NCBI GenBank assembly: GCA_019057385.1
Contig: JAHQJS010000006.1
Span: forward strand, 320,001-384,000
Direction of reading: 5' to 3'
DNA: 64,000 nt
Source: Candidatus Borrarchaeum weybense
Lineage (GTDB): Archaea > Asgardarchaeota > Sifarchaeia > Borrarchaeales > Borrarchaeaceae
The notes under the pieces were generated by a model. It did no database searches. It had not been told where the DNA came from and saw only the letters and a program-made list of their open reading frames with translations. The translations under genes were made by a program, and so were the position numbers. Position 1 is the stretch's first letter. Every line of letters starts with the position of its first letter. Below, piece after piece: positions 39,892-51,600 of this stretch.

Positions 39892-40248
39892 ATGGTTAAA
39901 GAAGAGAAAAGCAGATACATAGCTTTTGAAGTAATTATTGAAGAAGATACTCCATTAGAGGTGATTTCTGTTTTTAATTCTATTTCACGATCGATTTTGT
40001 CACTTTACGGTGAGATTGAAGCCAGCCAAAGCGGTATTTGGCTCATTGAATTTGACGCTGAGACGTGCTATGGTATTCTAAGATGCACTTCAAAAAGTTT
40101 AGACAAGGTACAAACCGCTATGGCAATCGTTTCGAGTATTGATAATAGACCCACCATTATACGTTTGCTTAAAACTTCAGGAACAATTCGATCGCTTCGA
40201 TCAGCCCTCGAACAACCAGCATCGACCAGTGAAGATCTGCAAAGTTAA
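39892..40248 (+). CDS. rnp2: RNase P protein component 2 (Pop5/Rpp14)
   Basis: RYIAFEV, LYGE, GILRC and TSGTIRSL motifs. Confidence 0.9.
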   Translation: MVKEEKSRYIAFEVIIEEDTPLEVISVFNSISRSILSLYGEIEASQSGIWLIEFDAETCYGILRCTSKSLDKVQTAMAIVSSIDNRPTIIRLLKTSGTIRSLRSALEQPASTSEDLQS

Positions 40249-40373
40249 TTTTGGTTCTCACGATCGTGATTCAAGGTCGAAGATTTATCCATGTCAGTCA
40301 CAATAATATTAACTCAAAAATTAGGGACTGCGAAAAAATAAAGAAAAAGGATTGAAAAGGTAGAAATTGTTTC

Positions 40374-41465
40374 TTAAAACATTTTTAGAGTTCGTTGAAT
40401 TGCGTTTAGTGTTGCTGAGACATCGTTTGCATTAATAGCGCCCATATGGCCAATTCGAAAGATTTTACCTTTCAGTTTGCCCAAACCGCCTGCCACGATA
40501 ACGCCTTCTTGTGATAATTGTCCTCTAAAGTCCGCATCTGCAATGCCATTATGATAGACTGCGCTCATTGTATTTGCAGCCCATCCATCCTCAGGAACGA
40601 GTTTAAAGTCCATCTCTGTAAGACCTTTGCGCATCATTTCTGCTAATTTTTCGTGCCGCGCAAACCGTGCCTCCATTCCTTCGCTAACTATTTGATTTAC
40701 ACTTTCATGGAGTGCATAGATTAAATTTACTGCAGGTGTACCGAAATAACTTGGATCACCGCGCTCATATGCTTGCATGATGGGCAACCAGTTGTCAATG
40801 GAAGTATAGAAACACTCAACGGGATGTTTAAGTTTAGCGTGTGCGTCTAAGGCCTTCTGGTTGAAATTCAGTATTGCAAGCCCTGGAGGAACACCCAATG
40901 CCTTCTGTGAACCTGTGAAGCATATATCTACATGATATTTGTCATGATACAATCGTTGTCCTGCAAGAGAACATACTGCGTCTACAATAAATATCGTATC
41001 AAAATCTTTGACAACATTACCAATGGCTTCGATGTCGTTCGCAATACCAGTCGATGTATCAACATGTGTCACTGTAAGGACTTTGTAGTCGTCACTTTCA
41101 AGTTTTTCACGCACCTCTGTAGGATCTGCTGCCTTTCCCCATTCTACTTGAATTTCGTCAACAGCGATTCCGTGTGCTTTGAAAATATCACTGTATCGCG
41201 CGCCGAACACCCCATTATTTACTACTAATGCTTTTTCTCCTCTTTGAATCACATTGGTTGCTGCCATCTCCATAGCTAGCGTCCCAGATCCCGCAATAAC
41301 AAAGGGTTGTCCTTCAGAAATGAAGACCTGTCTTAGTTTTCTTAAAGTATCTCCAAAGATAGAGATAAATTCTGGTGCTACGTGACTCACAGTTACTTTA
41401 CTTAGAGCCCGTATCACTTCTGGATCAAAATTAATCGGTCCAGGGATCATTAAAAGTTTTGCCAA
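40374..41465 (-). CDS. Class V aminotransferase (alanine/serine-glyoxylate aminotransferase family)
   Basis: MIPGP, GSGT.AME, HVDTSTG, VDAVCS, GSQKALGVPPG and FRIGHMG motifs. Confidence 0.9.
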   Translation of the reverse strand: MAKLLMIPGPINFDPEVIRALSKVTVSHVAPEFISIFGDTLRKLRQVFISEGQPFVIAGSGTLAMEMAATNVIQRGEKALVVNNGVFGARYSDIFKAHGIAVDEIQVEWGKAADPTEVREKLESDDYKVLTVTHVDTSTGIANDIEAIGNVVKDFDTIFIVDAVCSLAGQRLYHDKYHVDICFTGSQKALGVPPGLAILNFNQKALDAHAKLKHPVECFYTSIDNWLPIMQAYERGDPSYFGTPAVNLIYALHESVNQIVSEGMEARFARHEKLAEMMRKGLTEMDFKLVPEDGWAANTMSAVYHNGIADADFRGQLSQEGVIVAGGLGKLKGKIFRIGHMGAINANDVSATLNAIQRTLKMF

Positions 41466-41963
41466 TTTTGTTCACCTCTAATGTTCTTTTGATAGGGAAA
41501 GTCAGCTAGATTAAGCTGAGCTTTTGTCGTTACTGCTGATACAATGGTCTCAGGTATGTTGTCTAGCAAAAGTAGTGAAACAAGGTTCCAAAGTTTATGG
41601 CGTACACTTGCTTTACTCATTTCCTTGAGGTTGTTTTCATATTTCGCCGATACTCGGCTAATCGTTTTGGTATTCAAAAAACTCTCTAAACCTACGGGAC
41701 AAGTTTCTCCCGTTCTGAACATCCGTGGGACAAACTTTGTCCCTAAACTCCTTGGTACAGCATCCCAACCTCACCTAAAACCAATTGAAATTTATATTGT
41801 GTGCTTTATACTTATATTGTATATAAAGATTTTCCCTCAAACGCAGTTTTCTCAAATTCAAGAAGATTTCAATACCTTAGTATATCTTTGCTTTGTTAGC
41901 GCACGTTTATCATTTGAAAAAACAGTTTTTTCGCGACAAAAAATAAAAAGGAGATTAGAAGGC

Positions 41964-42878
41964 TTAAACTTGTGTCCAAGCCTCTTTTAATGTACGTTTT
42001 ACATTTGCTATAGCCATCTCTGATGTAATACCTTTATGAGGTTTTACTTCGAAACTAACAAATGGGCGTTTACCTTTTTCTAAGTAATCAATTTCAAAAA
42101 GGGCATCTAGGTATTCTGCCAACTCTGTTGCGTCATTTTCTCCTCCTTCAACACCGAAGATCGGATGTTGATCTCCATACAACGGGTTGTTCGGGTCTTT
42201 AACGCAATTTCCGAGGTGCACTAATGTGAGGTAATCCTTCGTGGTCGATAATGCATGGGCAGGTGTCTCATTTAGTAGTGGAAGATGACTTAAATCATGC
42301 ATTAAACCGAAAGTAGGATATCCTGCCTCTCGTACTGCCTTGGCAAACTCCACTGCTGCTTCACTTGGCCCTATCAAAGATTTTTTATCAATATCACGAT
42401 CAAAAATCTCTAAAGTTAACGCTAGATTTCCTTGGCTTTTTGCATATTCGCAGAGTTGTTTTAAAGAATCGATTAATAATGCCATCCCCTTCTCTCTGGC
42501 CGCATCACCTGGATAAGGGCCACTTAGAACGGTAAGATACTCTGCGCCAACTTCGTAGGCTTCGTCAATAGCTGATTTTATTGCCTGTATGGATTTGTTT
42601 CGCAATGCATCGTCTAGTGCGTTCAAATCAAGTTTAGGAAGCAATAAAGCAGGCTGTGCCGAGAAATTAACTGTCAGACGAGAAGCTGTTAAGAGCGCAG
42701 CTACGTCATCTTTAATTGCCGGATCCTTGCATCCACCATAGTCAACAGCTGAGAAAAAGCCGTCTTCGGCTATCTTTGTAAGCGTTTCGAGTATAGGGCC
42801 TTCTCCCGCAAGGCATTCTGGAAAAACCATTCCATGCACTATACCGACTTTCATATAGAGATCCCAATGTTTTTTCAT
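41964..42878 (-). CDS. Xylose-isomerase-like TIM-barrel protein (candidate hydroxypyruvate isomerase)
   Basis: LEIFD, DLSH, VHLGN, DQH and SFEVKP metal-binding pattern; follows gcl. Confidence 0.75.
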   Translation of the reverse strand: MKKHWDLYMKVGIVHGMVFPECLAGEGPILETLTKIAEDGFFSAVDYGGCKDPAIKDDVAALLTASRLTVNFSAQPALLLPKLDLNALDDALRNKSIQAIKSAIDEAYEVGAEYLTVLSGPYPGDAAREKGMALLIDSLKQLCEYAKSQGNLALTLEIFDRDIDKKSLIGPSEAAVEFAKAVREAGYPTFGLMHDLSHLPLLNETPAHALSTTKDYLTLVHLGNCVKDPNNPLYGDQHPIFGVEGGENDATELAEYLDALFEIDYLEKGKRPFVSFEVKPHKGITSEMAIANVKRTLKEAWTQV

Positions 42879-42899
42879 TTTTTCACCGCCTTTAATTTG

Positions 42900-44612
42900 T
42901 TATCCCCTTTCAGCTATGGCGTCCAGAGCTAAGCCCATACTACAATTGGTTTCTCGTTCGCAGATTATATCTAATATTGCAGGGGCATTATCTAGAGCTC
43001 TCTGGAAGGCAGCCTTAAGGTCTCCAGGTTGTTCCACTCTTTCGGCATATAGTCCGAACGCTTCTGCAAGCTTAACGAAATCTATTCCTATTCCATGCTT
43101 CGCTAACTTATCTGTATCGTACGTTAAATCTACCGCATATTCATAGTCATAAACAATGGATTGGTTCTGTCGGATTAAACTTAAGAAACCGTTGTTGAGC
43201 ACAAGCATAACTATTGGAGTTTGGTAGTGAGCTGCCATCGCTAATTCTTCTACCATGAATCCTAATCCGCCGTCTCCTGTGATGCCTACGACTTTCTTTT
43301 GTGGCATTTCCATTTCCTCGTATCCGACTTTAGCTCCAATTGAAGCTGGTAAATCCCAACCCAACGTTCCCGCGCATCCGCAGACTTTATAATGTCCTGG
43401 TTTCTTTATTTCTTGATATTGACCGCTCCAAATCTGATTAAGTCCGACTGATGTCACAAAAATTGTGTCATCATCAAAGAATTCATTTATTTCTTTGAAA
43501 AGTCTTTGAGGCTTGATTGGCACATCATCAAAGTCTAATCTTCTCGCAAGCTCTTTGCGTCGGGCAGGTATTGACGATACCCATTCATTTGGCATTACTT
43601 TTGCATTTCGCGCTTTGGCTTGATCGATCATCATTTGTAGTGCTTCTTTGGCATCTGATACAATTCCTAACTCTGTAGGGACGATCTTGCCAATTTGTAG
43701 AGGATCAATGTCAATGTGGATGAACTTTCTGTCTTTAGTGTAAACATCTAGTTTACCCGTATGACGATCAACAAATCTGGCACCAACCGCTAAAACAAGA
43801 TCGCTCTCTAAGAATAGCTTGTTGCCAAGTCTTGTTTGCATGATGGTACCAACCAGTCCCGCGTATAATGGATGATTAGTGTCAAGCGCACTCTTTCCCA
43901 TGTAGCTAGCACAGATTGGTAAACTTAAATATTCTGCTAATTCTTGGAGTTCTTTGGAAGCGCCCGAAATAATGACTCCTCCTCCGGCTAAGATGATTGG
44001 ATTCTTAGCTTCCAAGATCATATCAATTGCTTTCTTGATTTGTCTTTCATTTGCTTTGGGTGTCGAAAAGTCTAAACTACGATCTGTTTCTGGATCATAT
44101 TCAATTTCTGTTCTCTGGAGGTCAACGGGGAGATCAATAAGCACTGGTCCGGGTCTTCCTTCTCTAGCGATTCGAAAAGCTTCCCTCATAGTACCTGGGA
44201 GGCGATAAGGCTCCCTAACACAATAACTTTTCTTAGTCACTGGTTTAACTATTTCTGCTATGTCAACCGCTTGAAACGCCTCTTGACCCAATACTGCTCT
44301 CGTCGCTGTCCCAGTAATTGCGACAATTGGGATAGAGTCAACTTGAGCGGTATAGAGACCTGTTACAAAATTTGTCGCTGCAGGTCCGCTCGTGCAGATA
44401 CAGACGCCAACTTTTCCAGTTGCTCGTGCATATCCGTCAGCTGCATGGCATGCTCCTTCTTCATGTCGAGCAATATAGTGCTTTATTTTTGTTGTTTGCC
44501 CAAGGTATTTGTAGACGGGATTTATTGCTGCGCCCGGTATACCAAACATTGCTGTTACTCCTTCATCTTCAAGGATTTTTACTATAACTTCCGCTACTTG
44601 CATTTTAGGCAT
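42900..44612 (-). CDS. gcl: Glyoxylate carboligase-like ThDP enzyme
   Basis: FGIPGAAINPVY, DSIP, EAFQAVDI, GRPGPVLIDLP, GLNQI, EELA, LIRQ and TNCSMG match Gcl rather than AHAS. Confidence 0.85.
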   Translation of the reverse strand: MPKMQVAEVIVKILEDEGVTAMFGIPGAAINPVYKYLGQTTKIKHYIARHEEGACHAADGYARATGKVGVCICTSGPAATNFVTGLYTAQVDSIPIVAITGTATRAVLGQEAFQAVDIAEIVKPVTKKSYCVREPYRLPGTMREAFRIAREGRPGPVLIDLPVDLQRTEIEYDPETDRSLDFSTPKANERQIKKAIDMILEAKNPIILAGGGVIISGASKELQELAEYLSLPICASYMGKSALDTNHPLYAGLVGTIMQTRLGNKLFLESDLVLAVGARFVDRHTGKLDVYTKDRKFIHIDIDPLQIGKIVPTELGIVSDAKEALQMMIDQAKARNAKVMPNEWVSSIPARRKELARRLDFDDVPIKPQRLFKEINEFFDDDTIFVTSVGLNQIWSGQYQEIKKPGHYKVCGCAGTLGWDLPASIGAKVGYEEMEMPQKKVVGITGDGGLGFMVEELAMAAHYQTPIVMLVLNNGFLSLIRQNQSIVYDYEYAVDLTYDTDKLAKHGIGIDFVKLAEAFGLYAERVEQPGDLKAAFQRALDNAPAILDIICERETNCSMGLALDAIAERG

Positions 44613-44647
44613 AATCTTCTCTCCTATTTTGTTTATTTTTTAGAGGG

Positions 44648-45634
44648 TTATCCATAAATATCTGGATTAACACAATTTGGTGGTTTGAGTCCCTTAACAC
44701 CAGCAATTACATTTTCAGCAGCCATGGTCGCCATTTTAGTACGAGTCTCTATTGATGCGCTTGCGATATGTGGCGCTAACACAACGTTATCCATTTCATA
44801 AAGTTCTGGTTCAGCTTTAGGTTCCATTTCAAAGACATCCAAACCAGCACCAGCAATCTTTTTCTCCTGTAATGCTTTAACGAGTGCTTTTTCGTCTAAT
44901 ACAGGACCTCTTGATGCATTGATCAAATACGCAGTCTCTTTCATCAAGTCTAGTTCTTTTGCGCTAATATAGTGCTTTGTTTCTGGAAGTAACGGGACAT
45001 GCAATGTCACATAGTCGCTCTCTTTGAGAAGCGTCTCTTTATCTACATATTGAATTCCTAATTCCTTTTCTAGATCCTCAAACCGTACGACATCTGTATA
45101 AAGAACTTTCATGTCGAAACCCTGAGCTCTTTTTGCAACCACACGCCCAATTCTTCCAAGTCCGACGACTCCCAGTGTTTTTCCGTAGACATCAGAGCCG
45201 AGGAATTGCATTATACCCCAGCCTTTCCATGTTTTTTGCCGGAAGTATTTATCTGCTTCGACAACACGTCGCGCGACTGCCATTAGAAGTGTCCAAGTGA
45301 AATCTGCGGTTGTGTCATCCAATACGCCCGGTGTATTAGAAACTGCAACGCCGAGTTCGGTGGCGGCTTTCCAATCGATATTGTTGTAGCCTACAGCTAC
45401 ATTGCTGACTACCTTAAAATTAGGATTTGCTTCTTTCACGGTTTTTAGAATCTCGGCGTTAATGTCGTCAGTGAGTAGGCAAACAAGCCCATCAAGGGTT
45501 TTCATTTTTTCAATAAACTCTGCTTGCGTAAGAGGGACATCACTTTCATTGAGTCCCATCTCACATTCCTTGTCGATCATATCTAAAGCTGGCTTTGGGA
45601 TCACGCGTGACACATAGACTTTTGGTTTACTCAA
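44648..45634 (-). CDS. gyaR: Glyoxylate/hydroxypyruvate reductase (D-glycerate dehydrogenase)
   Basis: AVGYNNID, NTPGVL..TTAD, ARRVVEAD, GLGRIG and PHIASA motifs. Confidence 0.88.
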   Translation of the reverse strand: MSKPKVYVSRVIPKPALDMIDKECEMGLNESDVPLTQAEFIEKMKTLDGLVCLLTDDINAEILKTVKEANPNFKVVSNVAVGYNNIDWKAATELGVAVSNTPGVLDDTTADFTWTLLMAVARRVVEADKYFRQKTWKGWGIMQFLGSDVYGKTLGVVGLGRIGRVVAKRAQGFDMKVLYTDVVRFEDLEKELGIQYVDKETLLKESDYVTLHVPLLPETKHYISAKELDLMKETAYLINASRGPVLDEKALVKALQEKKIAGAGLDVFEMEPKAEPELYEMDNVVLAPHIASASIETRTKMATMAAENVIAGVKGLKPPNCVNPDIYG

Positions 45635-45813
45635 AACTAACCCTCACGATCTCGATAAAATTGTAAAAGAGTTTATAGTACTTCGAATTTATAATTCTAA
45701 TCATGCGCGCACACAAACATATTCGTTCAACCTTATCTTTATAACTTTCAGCGTACTAATAATTCGGTATTAATTGGAGGAAAAATAAAACGGAGACCTA
45801 AAAGGCAAATAAT

Positions 45814-47298
45814 TTGAGGGGATCACCAAGAAAAGGAGGCTTGAAAATTACACTTGAGGAGCTTATGGAACATAAACTAGACTGGGAGGGTACAATCATC
45901 CCGGAATTGAAGGAGATTGTTGGAGAGGAAAATGTTCTCAATCATGTAATAGATCTCTATGTGTACAGTCGCGACGCCAGCATAGACACTGGATGGCCAG
46001 CAGCAGTAGCTTTCGCTCATAATACAGAAGAGGTTTCGAAGGTCGTCAAATTAGCGAACAAATATGAATTTTCGATCATTCCACGTGGCGCAGGCAGCAA
46101 TGTTTGTGGTGGAGTTATCCCTGCAAAACCTGATTGTCTTATTCTTGTCGTTGCAAGGATGAATAAAGTTGTAGATCTCGATTTAGAGAATTTTCTAATA
46201 ACTGTTGAGCCAGGAATGGTATGTCTAGATCTAAATAACTACATAGAACCATACGGCTTTTACTTCGTGCCAGATCCCGCAAGCGATAAAACAGCGACCA
46301 TTGGTGGCATGGTTAATAATAATAGCGGCGGAATTCGCGCAGTCAAATACGGTGTCACAGAACAATGGGTGATGGGTCTTGAAGTTGTATTAGCCGATGG
46401 GACAGTCGTTCACATTGGCAATAAAGCTATTAAATACGTTTGTGGTTATGATCTAGTTTCTCTCTTCGTAGGTTCAGAAGGAACTTTAGGTATTATAACA
46501 AAAGCAATGCTAAAAATGCAGCCGCTGCCTGAGGTCCGCCTCGTAGCTAGTGGTTATTTTGATACCGCCTTTGCCGCAGGTAAGTGCGTCAGAGAAATCA
46601 TTCGGAGAGGCTTTGACCCTTCAGGCACCGAAATAATGGATTATAAGACACTTAAAGCTGTAGAAGAGTATTCTGGTAAGGTAAAATTCCCTGAATGCGG
46701 TGCTGTAGTAGTTGTTGAACTTGACGGAAATAGAGAAGATGTAGAAATGCGTCTTGATCGATTAGAATTAGTCTTTAAAGAAATGGGCGCACTTCAAACC
46801 GAGGTCGCAAGAGATGCAGAAACATGCGAACAAGTGTGGGCGGCAAGAAAGGCAGCATTCCCAGCACTAACTTTACGAAGACCTACTGCTCGTATGGAGG
46901 ACGTAAGTGTCCCACTCGAAAACTTACCCGTTATGTTCCAAAAAATTGATGAAGTTAGTAAAAAGAATGGAATTGAAATAGCGACGTTTGGTCACGCAGG
47001 AGATGGCAACTTACACCCGATACTTCTCTGGGACGAAAGAGATCCAGATCAGCATAGACGCGCATTACAAACTTTAATTGATTTATGGCATGCTGCGGTA
47101 AATTTGGAGGGGACTGTAACTGGCGAGCACGGAATCGGAGTTTCTAAACTTATGATGATGCCGGTGGAACATGAAGCGGCAGTACTTGAGTTAACGAAAA
47201 AAATCAAACAAGCCTTTGACCCAAAAAACATACTGTGTCCTGGTCATGTCATACCTATTCCAGGTCAAAAATTCTTTACTGAGGAGGATGTAAGCTAA
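45814..47298 (+). CDS. glcD: GlcD-like FAD-linked glycolate/D-lactate dehydrogenase subunit
   Basis: PRGAGS..GG, PDPAS, TIGG, KYG, GSEGTLG, GHAGDGNLHP and GEHGIG motifs. True start may be slightly downstream. Confidence 0.88.
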   Translation: MRGSPRKGGLKITLEELMEHKLDWEGTIIPELKEIVGEENVLNHVIDLYVYSRDASIDTGWPAAVAFAHNTEEVSKVVKLANKYEFSIIPRGAGSNVCGGVIPAKPDCLILVVARMNKVVDLDLENFLITVEPGMVCLDLNNYIEPYGFYFVPDPASDKTATIGGMVNNNSGGIRAVKYGVTEQWVMGLEVVLADGTVVHIGNKAIKYVCGYDLVSLFVGSEGTLGIITKAMLKMQPLPEVRLVASGYFDTAFAAGKCVREIIRRGFDPSGTEIMDYKTLKAVEEYSGKVKFPECGAVVVVELDGNREDVEMRLDRLELVFKEMGALQTEVARDAETCEQVWAARKAAFPALTLRRPTARMEDVSVPLENLPVMFQKIDEVSKKNGIEIATFGHAGDGNLHPILLWDERDPDQHRRALQTLIDLWHAAVNLEGTVTGEHGIGVSKLMMMPVEHEAAVLELTKKIKQAFDPKNILCPGHVIPIPGQKFFTEEDVS

Positions 47299-47299
47299 A

Positions 47300-48484
47300 A
47301 TGACGAAAGAAAACGTAGTTTCAGGCACAATGCTACCACAAAGATTCGAAAAAATGATTATTTCCGAAGATTCCGAAACTGAGACGTACAGATGTGTAAG
47401 ATGTGGCTTCTGTAGGTTTGCATGTCCAATTTTTGACGCGACTAAAGTAGCTACTTTCAATTGCAGAGGTAGAATTATGGTTGAGCGTGCCCTTATCGAA
47501 GGAGGACTTCCTATTGACCAAAGGGTTCTTGATCTTCTTTATACCTGCACGTTGTGCAAACTCTGCGAAACGCATTGCCCTGCTAAGATCAAAGTCACGG
47601 ACGTGATGCATCACGTCAGAGAGTGGCTTGCTGAACAAGAACATGCCCTTGATGAGCATAAGGCAATCGCAAGCAACATATTGGAGATAGGAAATACTCA
47701 CGCTCAGGATCCCGCTATCTTCAAAGAGGTTTTTGGTGAGATAATTGCAGCTCTTCCAAAGGAATCTTCTACTCTTTACTATGCTGGATGTGTTGGAACA
47801 ATTGATTATCCAGAGAATTCACTCGCTGGCATCAAACTGTTGAAAGAAGCAGGAGAAGAATTCATAATGCTTGATTCAGAATATTGCTGTGGAGGTTATC
47901 TCAACTGGCTAGGGTTTACAAAGGACTTCAAAAAAGAAGCTGAGAAAAATATAGAAATCTTCAAATCACGTGGGATTGAGACCATTATTACGGCATGTCC
48001 AATGTGTGCATCGGTTTTCAATAATGATTATAAGGAAGTCTTGGAAGATATGCCAAAGGCTTATCATATTACGGAAGTTCTCGAACGCTTGGTTGATGAA
48101 GGAAAAATAAAACTTACGCGACCACTCGAAGCAAAGGTTACTTTCAAAGATCCTTGTCACCTCGGTAGATATGCACAGGTTTACGACGCTCCACGAAAAC
48201 TGATCGAAAGTATTCCAGGCGTTGAGTTCGTTGAATTACCCGAAACTATGGGCGAAGCAAGATGCTGTGGTGGACCTATTCGTGTTCCTTATACTGCCTT
48301 GAGAAATGATCTAACCGATGAGATCGTAAGAGACGCCGCTAAGTTAGATGCTCAATTTGTTGTGACGTCATGTCCAACATGTCACCATAGTCTAAGTATG
48401 AGAGCCTACAGAGAACGTATTCGCGTTTTAGAATTGCCAAGACTTGTTGCCTATTCAGCAGGTGTAGTTGACAGTTATCGCTAA
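47300..48484 (+). CDS. GlcF/HdrD-like Fe-S protein
   Basis: Two CxxCxxCxxxCP motifs plus two CCG domains (YCCGG, CPMC; DPCHLGR, CCGG, CPTC). Confidence 0.88.
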   Translation: MTKENVVSGTMLPQRFEKMIISEDSETETYRCVRCGFCRFACPIFDATKVATFNCRGRIMVERALIEGGLPIDQRVLDLLYTCTLCKLCETHCPAKIKVTDVMHHVREWLAEQEHALDEHKAIASNILEIGNTHAQDPAIFKEVFGEIIAALPKESSTLYYAGCVGTIDYPENSLAGIKLLKEAGEEFIMLDSEYCCGGYLNWLGFTKDFKKEAEKNIEIFKSRGIETIITACPMCASVFNNDYKEVLEDMPKAYHITEVLERLVDEGKIKLTRPLEAKVTFKDPCHLGRYAQVYDAPRKLIESIPGVEFVELPETMGEARCCGGPIRVPYTALRNDLTDEIVRDAAKLDAQFVVTSCPTCHHSLSMRAYRERIRVLELPRLVAYSAGVVDSYR

Positions 48485-48671
48485 ATGTGACAAGTATCTT
48501 ACCACGCATTACAAGTGTATGGGGATATATGTGTACATCAGTTTCTCCACTTTTTTTAAAAATTTAAATTATGGAGTCACGCTGACATTATCAAAGAAGA
48601 ATTGAATGAAAAACAACCGAACATTAGGTCATAGTAGTTTGGAGGTGTTCACGAAGTAGGAGGCTCGTTAA

Positions 48672-51600
48672 ATGAATGCATTGGAAAATAAAACGGCAGA
48701 AAATATCTTGGTGATTGGCGGCGGAATGGCTGGAATGTATGCCTCGCTAGACATTGCAAATCAAGGCTATACGGCTTTTCTAGTAGAGAAACGAGAAACG
48801 ATTGGAGGAAGATTTTCGCAGGTTTACAAAATCTTTCCGACTGATGAGTGCTCAGCTTGACCACTTACGCCCCTTATGTCAAGTGTTGCCAGAAACGACA
48901 ATGTTCGCTTGTTTACTCTTACCGAAGTCTTAGAGGTAAATGGCGAACCAGGGAATTTTACGGTAAAACTTAAGCAAAATCCTAGATATATCGATCCAGA
49001 CAAATGCACAGGATGTCAAAAATGCATGGAAGAATGCCCTGTTGAAGTGACTTCAGAATATGATATGAATCTTGGTGTCCGAAAAGCAATCTACCTTCCT
49101 TTTCCACAAGCAGTACCTCAGATTCCTCGCTTAGATAAAGAGAACTGCATTGACTGTGGCATGTGTGAGCTGGTATGCCCTGCTGACGCAGTGAATCATG
49201 AAGATTTTGAAAAAATCTTCGAAATCGAAGTTGGTTCGATAATCGTAGCAACGGGTTTTGATGAGTTTAATCCTGAACCATTAAAACAATTTGGATATGG
49301 ATACTACGAAAATGTTGTTACATCACTTCAATTCGAGCGAATGATGCATCCTACAGGTCCAACTCAGGGCAAGATAGTGAGACCTTCTGATGGAAAAGAA
49401 CCACGCAGAGTATTATGGGTTCAATGTGTGGGCTCTAGGAGTGAAAAAGAAGTCGGCAATAAATTCTGTAACCGGGTCTGCTGTATGTTTGCATTAAAAC
49501 AAGCTAGAGCCTATAAACTGCAATCAAAAGGAAAAGGACAGGCAGACCTTTGCTATATAGATATAAGATCCTCAGGAAAACTGTACGAGGAATACTACAG
49601 GGACACACGAAATAATTATATGCCTAATTTAATTCGCGGTAAAGTGGCGGAAATTCAAGAAAACGAAGAAACAAAAGACTTAATCATCTGGGTTGAAGAC
49701 ACTAATACTGGAGAGGTTTCTCAGATCAAAGATGTTGATCTTGTTGTCTTATCTAGCTCATTTGTTCCATCCGAAGGGACAAACGAACTATGCCAAACAT
49801 TAAGCGTTGAAATTAGCGATGATGGATTTCCCTTGGAAGTCAACAGTTATCATCCAATCGAAACAACTCGACCTGGAATCTTTATGGCGGGTGTGGCAAC
49901 AGGCTCAAAAGATGCTGTGGATACAGTTACTCAAGCAAGAGCTGCGGCATCGTCTGCAGTGAACCTTTTATCTGGTTCCCCACCATATATCAAATCATAT
50001 GCATCTAAAACGGAATTAGAAGGTTCTGGCGAGATTCGACTTGGCGTTTTTGTATGTCACTGCGGTGGCAATATCGCAAATTACATCGATATAACAGAAG
50101 TCATGGAATATGCGAAGACATTACCTGGCGTGATCTACGTAGATAATAATGAGTTCTTCTGTAGTGAGCCAGGGCAACAGCAAATCAGCGAGAAAATAAA
50201 GGAACTCAATATTAATCGAGTTTTAGTGGCGGCATGTTCTCCTTTACTCCATGAGGACACATTTAGGACTCTTTTAGAGTCTGCTGGAATAAGTAAGTAC
50301 TATCTTGAATATGTGAACATAAGAGACCAAGCAGCGCAAGTTCATATGCAGACACCAAAAGAAGCCACCGAAAAAGCAAAGGATTTGATCAGGGCTGGCA
50401 TTGCACGAGCACTACATCTTGAGATTGTGCCATATCGGATGGTATCAGTTGTCAACGAGGCTCTTGTTATTGGTGGTGGAATTGCTGGAATGTCAGCTAC
50501 CCTTGATTTATCTAATCAAGGATTCAATGTTCACCTCGTAGAGAAAGAATTGCAACTGGGTGGTCGTCTCAATTCTCTTTACAGAGTATTTCCAGAAAAA
50601 ACTGAAGCTAGCCAAATTGTGGATGAATTAACTGCACAGATAACTAATGCTCCCAATATCTCGGTTTACCTTGAGTCTTCGTTGGAATCCCTTGATGGTC
50701 ACATCGGTGATTTTACAGCTAAAATTAGGAGAAATAATGGAGCAAATACCGATATTAACGTTGGAGCTATTATCGTGGCTGTCGGAACAAATACATATAC
50801 TCCCAAAGATGGCGAATACGGTTACAATACTGTTCCACGTGTTGTAACTTCTCTTGAATTCGAGGAACTGCTCAAAACTCGTAATTTTGATCAAGATCCA
50901 AAGCGCATTGTCTTTATTCAATGCGTTGGGTCACGAGAAGAAGACGGAAACAAATACTGCTCCCGTGTGTGTTGCGGCGTATCACTGAAAAATGCGCAGA
51001 ACGTTAGAGAACTCTTTCCGAACTGTCAAACCTTTGTCCTTTTTAAAGAGGACCTACGACCTGTTGGAAGGTATATGGAAGAGTTTTATCTAACTACAAG
51101 AAAGCAATATCGTACCAATTTTATGCGATGGACAGAAGAAAGACCCCCAATGGTTACGGAAGCCCAAAATGGTAATGCTCTGGTGCAAATATACGATACC
51201 CTTTTACGAACTACATTCGAGATAGACGCCGATTATGTAGTGCTAGCGGTAGGACAAGAACCTCCTGAAGGCTTTGATGAACTGTGTAAGATAATAGGGG
51301 TTACTCGCTCTTCTGATGGTTTTCTTGAGCCTATCCACATAAAATTCAAACCTGTTGAAACACGAAAAGATGGTGTGTACGTAGCAGGGACCATTCTATC
51401 TCCACGAAGCATAAGCGACTCAATAGTGCTAGGTAAAGCCGCAGCGTCGGCAGCAAGTGTGCTTTTACAACAGAAAGAGATTCAACTTGAACTAATCAAG
51501 GCTGTATGTGACGAGAATCTTTGTAGCGGATGTAAGGTGTGCGTAATAGCCTGTCCATATGATGCTATAACTACTAAAGAAACTGAAGCAGGAGAACTCG

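Noticed and set aside
41544-41990. 148-aa plus-strand ORF
   Set aside because: Atypical composition, opposite to the operon direction and overlapping the neighbouring gene end.
48672-48860. hdrA as a pseudogene or a separate 62-aa gene
   Set aside because: Both internal stops are TGA at conserved Cys positions and a SECIS follows, so Sec readthrough is far more parsimonious.
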